Shown one piece after another: positions 35,051 through 40,128 of a stretch of DNA of 40,128 bases (position 1 is its first letter; each line of letters opens with the position of its first letter). The translations under genes and the position numbers were made by a program. The DNA is from a virus (taxonomy: Duplodnaviria; Caudoviricetes): the IMG/VR virus record IMGVR_UViG_3300014656_000055, positions 1 through 40,128 of that record; one strand, given 5' to 3'. Below the pieces are notes generated by a model. That model saw only the letters and a list, made by a program, of their open reading frames with translations, ran no database searches and had not been told where the DNA came from.

Positions 35051-35335
35051 ATGAAAAAGATTTTATACTTACACTTAAAAGGAAAATATTTTGACCAAAC
35101 AAAGGCTGGCACGAAGGTCGAAGAATACCGCCGGTGTTCTACCTATTGGCAAAATAGGCTTTTCCACCGCGCATACGACTACGATGAAATCCATATTATG
35201 AAAGGATACCCAAAAAAGAACGACCACACAAGAAGGTTGATTTTCCCGTGGAACGGATACAAGGTAAAGGTAATAACACATCCTGAATTTGGGAGTCAGC
35301 CAGTTGCTGTTTGTGCAATTAAACTTAAAACATGA
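35051..35335 (+). CDS. ASCH-domain protein
   Basis: L.L.LK..YFD....G.K.EEYR....YW..RL, GYP. Confidence 0.85.
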   Translation: MKKILYLHLKGKYFDQTKAGTKVEEYRRCSTYWQNRLFHRAYDYDEIHIMKGYPKKNDHTRRLIFPWNGYKVKVITHPEFGSQPVAVCAIKLKT

Positions 35336-35345
35336 GGTAAAAATA

Positions 35346-35555
35346 ATGATTAGATGCACACAACAACAAAATATAAAATGTCTCAAATGTGGGGATGTAG
35401 TCGCTGATATTGTTCGCATTGGTGCTTTTTATATGTGTCCCGCTTGTTTTGCTCAAGAATTTGAAACCCAAATAATAGAATTTGAGCCTGATTCAAGACT
35501 TGGAAAGATTTATTATAAATGGCTTAAAAAATATAAAGAAGGTAATATTATATAA
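35346..35555 (+). CDS. small zinc-finger protein
   Basis: Start ATG 35346 after GAGG; CLKCG...MCPACF. Confidence 0.6.
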   Translation: MIRCTQQQNIKCLKCGDVVADIVRIGAFYMCPACFAQEFETQIIEFEPDSRLGKIYYKWLKKYKEGNII

Positions 35556-35571
35556 AACATGAGGTAAAACA

Positions 35572-35787
35572 ATGGCAAAGAAAAAATTAGACATAACGAG
35601 AGTCAAAGGACTTATTAAACAGATTGAAGCTCGTAAAAACAAGATAGGCAAAATAAGAGATGAATTACGAGAGTTGTTAGATGATATTGACGACTGTGTG
35701 CGTGATGTAGAACAGGGAGTTTATGACCTTGAAAGTGGGATTACAAGCCTTAAATACGCTATTGATACTATAAGTCAGACGATGTAA
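35572..35787 (+). CDS. coiled-coil hypothetical protein
   Basis: 71 aa, GAGG RBS. Confidence 0.6.
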   Translation: MAKKKLDITRVKGLIKQIEARKNKIGKIRDELRELLDDIDDCVRDVEQGVYDLESGITSLKYAIDTISQTM

Positions 35788-35840
35788 TGGAATTAGCTTA
35801 ATTATTCTGCGGCAACCAAACACAAAAAGGAGGAAAATAA

Positions 35841-36107
35841 ATGCTTAATGAAATGACAGAAGCTTCTGTGGAACTGGGGCAGAAGATAAGGGCAGAGAAA
35901 TGCAAGCCTGATTATGAAGGCATGATAAAGCGCATTTCTGAAACCCGGGCTAAAACTGATGCTTTCCGTGATGCTGCCTTAGTATATTTTGAAGGTCGCA
36001 ATGCGAATGGCAAAATGGCAGAACTGATAGGCGAGCTGGTAACAAAGTGCAACAGCTTACAGCGAGAGCATGACAATTTAATACAATCTCAAGAAAACGA
36101 CGAATAA
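35841..36107 (+). CDS. hypothetical protein
   Basis: 88 aa, AAGGAGG RBS. Confidence 0.65.
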   Translation: MLNEMTEASVELGQKIRAEKCKPDYEGMIKRISETRAKTDAFRDAALVYFEGRNANGKMAELIGELVTKCNSLQREHDNLIQSQENDE

Positions 36108-36140
36108 GATCAAGAATTATTCTGCGGCTCCCGGACAAAA

Positions 36141-36369
36141 GACCATTATCGTGATACTATAAAAATCAGATAAGGTCTAAACGATGCCTGCGGATGTGTA
36201 AGAAACGCTAATATTGCCTGTGTTAAAGGGACGAAAAACCGTGCAAGCGACCTGTAAAGGTGCTTCGGCAACGACGAGTTGGTCACTGTCGAGAGAGGCT
36301 ATAGGCAACTGTCTTGATACACAGTAACATGCTGCGGAGTAAAAGACAAGGTTCATAGGCAATATTAGC
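36141..36369 (+). ncRNA. candidate structured non-coding RNA
   Basis: 16-bp closing stem (36207-36222/36354-36369), internal UUCG and GCAA tetraloop hairpins, upstream bulged hairpin (36141-36177). Confidence 0.6.
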
Positions 36370-36399
36370 AAAACAACTAAACATAAAAGGAGAAAAACA

Positions 36400-36678
36400 A
36401 TGCCAAACATTAACGAATGTTCAGTAGAGAAAAAAGTACGACAGGTAGAAGAGCAGACTATTTGCCTCAAAACTGAAACCGATGTCTTGCACGACAGAAT
36501 TGGAGAACTTACTGGTAGATTGGGAACTGTTTTAAGACCACAACCTGAGGCAGAGGATATAGGTAAACCTCTAGTGGTAGAACTTGTATCTTTGGCTGCG
36601 GGAATTAGAGAAAGTGCCTCTTCAGTTTCCAATGCACGGGTCAGAATAGAGGATATTCTTTCACGACTTGAATTGTAG
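36400..36678 (+). CDS. coiled-coil hypothetical protein
   Basis: 92 aa, AAGGAG RBS. Confidence 0.65.
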   Translation: MPNINECSVEKKVRQVEEQTICLKTETDVLHDRIGELTGRLGTVLRPQPEAEDIGKPLVVELVSLAAGIRESASSVSNARVRIEDILSRLEL

Positions 36679-36713
36679 TTCCCAGCAAAACAACATGGGG
36701 AAGGAGTGAATAA

Positions 36714-37400
36714 ATGGCATACACTAAGGATGGGATAATTTTCCCCCGCTGTACAGCGATCATTGGAGAATGCAACCCAAAGAATTGGGGGCCGCAATGG
36801 GGGGCTAATTGCGTTGTGCAATGGATTAAAGAGAATATTTCATGTAGTTCAGATGATATGTGCGATGAGTTTTATTCTTGTACACCATCAGATTTAGACA
36901 AAGCTCGGTTTGAGTTTCGTAATGTAAGCCAAATAGCCCTTGATATTGGCTCTGAGGTACACAACGCCGTTGAAAAGCATCTTCAGGGTAAAGAGTATGC
37001 CTTGACGAGTAAACAAGCTGAAAATGGCTTCCAGGCGTTTCTGGAATGGGAGAAGGAAGTTGATCTCAAACCATCTGCTCTTGAATTTACAGTATGGGGA
37101 GACAGGTGGGCGGGGACTTTAGATATGGTTTGCAAGCTTAACGGCAAAATATATGTTGTAGATTTTAAAACATCCAAAAGATTCTATTTAAGTGAAATGG
37201 GCGCACAAATTGCGGCTTACAGGTCTGCTATTAAATTAACAGTTGATGGTTGCGGTATTCTCCGGCTTGACAAAGAGACCGGAATTCCAGAGTGGAAAGA
37301 CTTTTCAAAGCGGTATTTAAGCGACCTCGCTGTATTCAACGCAATGGTTGATTTATATTATTTACGGCATCCAAGAATAAGAAAGAGGTTTAAAGCATGA
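36714..37400 (+). CDS. PD-(D/E)XK exonuclease (recombination)
   Basis: GSEVH..VE, E..V....WAGTLD, VVDFKTS, Q.AAY. Confidence 0.88.
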   Translation: MAYTKDGIIFPRCTAIIGECNPKNWGPQWGANCVVQWIKENISCSSDDMCDEFYSCTPSDLDKARFEFRNVSQIALDIGSEVHNAVEKHLQGKEYALTSKQAENGFQAFLEWEKEVDLKPSALEFTVWGDRWAGTLDMVCKLNGKIYVVDFKTSKRFYLSEMGAQIAAYRSAIKLTVDGCGILRLDKETGIPEWKDFSKRYLSDLAVFNAMVDLYYLRHPRIRKRFKA

Positions 37401-37440
37401 AACCAAATCCATTCGGGAGCCTTGATTTTGAGCAAAACTT

Positions 37441-37800
37441 ATGAGCAAATCAAAACACAATAAAATATATTTTATCCAAGCACCAAACGGATTATTTAAG
37501 ATAGGGAAAAGTTTAAATCCTAAATCCAGACTAAAAACCTTACAGGTTGGTTCACCAGTTCACTTAACGATAAAAAAGATTATTCAAGGTGGTTTATATT
37601 TAGAAAGTATCTTGCATATATATTTTAAACATTTACGCAAACATGGTGAATGGTTTAAGCCTGATTATGAATTAAAACAGTTTCTTAATAATAAAAAGAA
37701 TATTAATATATCCGGCATTTTAGATGTTGTTGAAAAAGAAATGCCCGAAAAGTTTATAAAATATTTAAAAATGTTGGGGAAAAAGAGGTTATCTTTATAA
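37441..37800 (+). CDS. GIY-YIG-like (T5orf172/MUG113) nuclease-domain protein
   Basis: IYFIQ.....KIG.S..P..RL..LQ.GSP, E..LH..F...R..GEWF. Confidence 0.85.
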   Translation: MSKSKHNKIYFIQAPNGLFKIGKSLNPKSRLKTLQVGSPVHLTIKKIIQGGLYLESILHIYFKHLRKHGEWFKPDYELKQFLNNKKNINISGILDVVEKEMPEKFIKYLKMLGKKRLSL

Positions 37801-37977
37801 TGCTCGCAAAGGCAATATCCAGATTTACCAACAATGAAGTTACGGTTGAGGATTTGGGAGTTGAGGAGAGATGATAAAGACATGGTCCCGAACAGACCTA
37901 TTTTTAGAGTGTTTAAGAGGCAAAACGCCTGTAAATATTGACAAGTTTGGTGGTCCCGAACAACAGGAGGAATAATT

Positions 37978-38118
37978 ATGGGTGATGCAGGAGATGATGC
38001 AAGAGATACAGAAGAATTTAGACAAGAGCTTGAATGTTTACACGATTCTGGCGATTGTGATTTTGATTGTCCCTATTGCAATAAGGATTATTTAATATAT
38101 GACAACAAGGAGGAATAA
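37978..38118 (+). CDS. small acidic Cys-containing protein (46 aa, not in ORF track)
   Basis: AGGAGG RBS; MGDAGDDA...CDFDCPYC. Confidence 0.5.
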   Translation: MGDAGDDARDTEEFRQELECLHDSGDCDFDCPYCNKDYLIYDNKEE

Positions 38119-38119
38119 G

Positions 38120-38383
38120 ATGGACAATAAAGAATTCATACGCAAATCAGGCGAGTTACAAAAACTATATGCGGAAATGTATAAGGAAGGTATAGAAGGG
38201 ATTGAAACGGGATGCATCCAGATGGATGATGCGTTTTTTAATCGTTTTGATAAGAACAAATGCCAGAAAAAACATCATGGTGAAAAATATCCAACATGCT
38301 ATTCAATACATGAAGGGGGGATAGAATTTATATGCCTAACTGAAGAACCGTGGGAGGTAGATAATGACACTATCAAAGAATAA
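38120..38383 (+). CDS. hypothetical protein
   Basis: Likely start ATG 38120 (MDNKEF) after AAGGAGG. Confidence 0.6.
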   Translation: MDNKEFIRKSGELQKLYAEMYKEGIEGIETGCIQMDDAFFNRFDKNKCQKKHHGEKYPTCYSIHEGGIEFICLTEEPWEVDNDTIKE

Positions 38384-38537
38384 AATATTGTTTGAATGTT
38401 CATGCGGGTATGCTCATGATATTTACTTAGAGCAGAATAACCCTATATCAACAGTATGTATTAATTGTGATACGAAATGGTATATCCTTTTAAATGCTTT
38501 TTCATTGAGTCCAAAACAGGAAAATAAGGAGGATTAA
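38364..38537 (+). CDS. zinc-ribbon protein (57 aa, not in ORF track)
   Basis: GGAGG RBS; FECSCG...VCINCD. Confidence 0.5.
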   Translation: MTLSKNKILFECSCGYAHDIYLEQNNPISTVCINCDTKWYILLNAFSLSPKQENKED

Positions 38538-38539
38538 TT

Positions 38540-39139
38540 ATGGAACTATATGGACAAATCATAACGAAAATTTACCATGTTAAAGACGGGACAGGCAGAG
38601 ACAAGGAAGGTAAAACTTGGGCTTATAGAATATGGAATATCTATTTTGAAGATAATGATAAGAAATTTACATACTTTACAAGTGGCAAGAAGCCAGAGCC
38701 ATTCGAGGGGATGAAGATAGGCTACCTGAAATATACCGAGAAACAAGAAACATCAAAAAAGGACGGCAAGGTATATACTAACTACACTATTGACGAACTC
38801 AAGGTAAGCGAGGACAGCCCCCAGCCGCAAGCAGGGCAGAGAGTTCAAGCCAAGACGCAGAGTACAGATTGGGATGCCATTGCAAGAGGCAAGTGTAAGT
38901 TTGGCTTCCTACAACAAGCCTTTGTGCCATATCTCAAGGGGGAATTATTTAAGGATGAGGAAGGAAAGCTACCGTTATTAGAAGAAGCCGCAGAACTATT
39001 CGCTGATCTATGTATGAGATGGTTCCCAGGCGCAACCACAGCCCCGCAGACTGCAAAAGAAGAAAAAGACGTACCAGAGCGTGCCTCTGGAGGACCCGAC
39101 AGGGATATACCGCCAATAGAGGCATATGAGGAGGAATAA
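38540..39139 (+). CDS. putative single-stranded DNA-binding protein
   Basis: OB-like beta-rich N-terminus (G...GK.W), Gln/Pro linker, acidic tail DIPPIEAYEEE; near the exonuclease. Confidence 0.55.
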   Translation: MELYGQIITKIYHVKDGTGRDKEGKTWAYRIWNIYFEDNDKKFTYFTSGKKPEPFEGMKIGYLKYTEKQETSKKDGKVYTNYTIDELKVSEDSPQPQAGQRVQAKTQSTDWDAIARGKCKFGFLQQAFVPYLKGELFKDEEGKLPLLEEAAELFADLCMRWFPGATTAPQTAKEEKDVPERASGGPDRDIPPIEAYEEE

Positions 39140-39339
39140 TGACACCAGAAGAACATAAAATACGACATATTGCTTTACATAAAAGTCTTGATGAATTATT
39201 TGCTGATTTTATAGAAAACGCAGAAGGCAGAACAACCAACACTATTCTTGATTTAATTAACTGGTCGCATAAACAAACTATTGAGACAGATCACGGACAA
39301 GGCGAGAGTTACTTCGGTTTGGGAAGATTAAATGGCTAA
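39139..39339 (+). CDS. hypothetical protein
   Basis: 66 aa, TAATG coupling. Confidence 0.6.
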   Translation: MTPEEHKIRHIALHKSLDELFADFIENAEGRTTNTILDLINWSHKQTIETDHGQGESYFGLGRLNG

Positions 39340-39748
39340 AATGCACATACAAAAATTCAATAATGTATGGGTTCCGGCTGACGAGAAGGCAGAGGAGGTC
39401 TTATTTAAAATGAAGCAAGGCCAAGTCGTTTGTCTTGATTATAGCCTTCCCAGAAATTACGAAAATCATAAACGGTTCTTTGCATTTCTCAAAACTACCT
39501 TTGATATTCAAGACTGGTTTGACAACATGAACCATTATCGAAAATGGATTGTAATGAAGTCCGGGAACTATACAATTATAACGGCTCCAAACGGATACCA
39601 GATATTCGATGCTGATTCGATTGCTTTTGATAAAATGGATGAGGATAAATTCAGAGGGGTCTTTTCAGATTGTATTGATGCTTTTTTGTCGGTCTGGGGG
39701 GATAGGATAACTAAGGACGAACTTTTACGGATTATTGACTTTTCATAA
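39332..39748 (+). CDS. DUF1367 / NinB-like recombination accessory protein
   Basis: PRN..NHKRFFA.L...F, SIAFDKMDE..F. Confidence 0.8.
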   Translation: MAKMHIQKFNNVWVPADEKAEEVLFKMKQGQVVCLDYSLPRNYENHKRFFAFLKTTFDIQDWFDNMNHYRKWIVMKSGNYTIITAPNGYQIFDADSIAFDKMDEDKFRGVFSDCIDAFLSVWGDRITKDELLRIIDFS

Positions 39749-39759
39749 GGAGGATTAAG

Positions 39760-40128
39760 ATGGATAAAAGAATATTATTAGAAGCCTTGATAACTGAGCG
39801 AGAAGGCATGTTGGCAGAAAATACGTTCAGATTAAGTCTTGGGCAAGGAATGGCATATACTTTTGATTCTTTTTACGATCTGGCACAACAAATTAGAAAA
39901 CTAATGGATACAAACGAACCAAAAAAGAGTGAAACGGATGAGAAAGTGGATATTTCTATCTGGATAGATGAAGCAAGACAACTTATAAAATCTATTTTAA
40001 GCCCTGTTGCCGTAAATCAGGGAAGCAAGGGAAAGTTAATTTGGGAGTGTAAATATTGCGGGCAGAACGAGAAACCAAAATGCCTAAAATGTGTCCGAGA
40101 AGATGGTCTGGTCGTAACCGATGAATTA
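39760..40128 (+). CDS. hypothetical protein, truncated at window end
   Basis: AAGGAGG RBS; frame open to the end (MDKRILLEALITEREG...CKYC...CLKC). Confidence 0.6.
   Translation, partial: MDKRILLEALITEREGMLAENTFRLSLGQGMAYTFDSFYDLAQQIRKLMDTNEPKKSETDEKVDISIWIDEARQLIKSILSPVAVNQGSKGKLIWECKYCGQNEKPKCLKCVREDGLVVTDEL

Noticed and set aside
36225-36245. GACGAAA as part of a hammerhead ribozyme
   Set aside because: No CUGANGA core found nearby
36177-36821. 214-aa minus-strand ORF
   Set aside because: Overlaps two well-supported plus-strand genes and the structured RNA; no RBS evident
1-40128. Alternative genetic code
   Set aside because: Core genes are full length under the standard code, and TAA, TGA and TAG all act as stops

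Overview
The window looks like most of a ~40 kb tailed dsDNA phage genome with podovirus-like architecture, probably infecting a Gram-negative host. A long minus-strand late operon runs from about 26.4 kb leftwards: terminase small and large subunits, P22-like portal, scaffold, N4-gp56/DUF4043-type major capsid, decoration-like protein, O-antigen-ligase-family membrane protein, tail fibre and partner, HNH-AP2 endonuclease, adaptor, tail nozzle, ejection proteins (one with an ADP-ribosyltransferase-like domain) and lysis genes. A minus-strand replication block (Cro-like HTH, RusA-like, HNH, PAPS-reductase-like, N4-C methyltransferase, initiator, DnaB) diverges from a plus-strand early block (ASCH, PD-(D/E)XK nuclease, GIY-YIG-like, SSB-like, DUF1367). 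I see no integrase, CI-like repressor, reverse transcriptase or CRISPR array. The most striking signal is that five proteins of the structural module carry Sec-type signal peptides: the nozzle, the fibre, the fibre partner, the decoration-like protein and a 120-aa protein. The portal, capsid, scaffold, adaptor and ejection proteins do not. An O-antigen ligase/oligosaccharyltransferase gene is translationally coupled between two of the signal-peptide genes. This suggests periplasmic export and glycosylation of outer virion parts, which is an inference. Other notable signals are a 200-nt tRNA-Leu(CAG)-derived RNA with two structured insertions, a solitary integron attC-like site, a highly structured intergenic RNA, and a sigma-54 plus IHF promoter. 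All family assignments come from recognising motifs by eye; no database searches were run.
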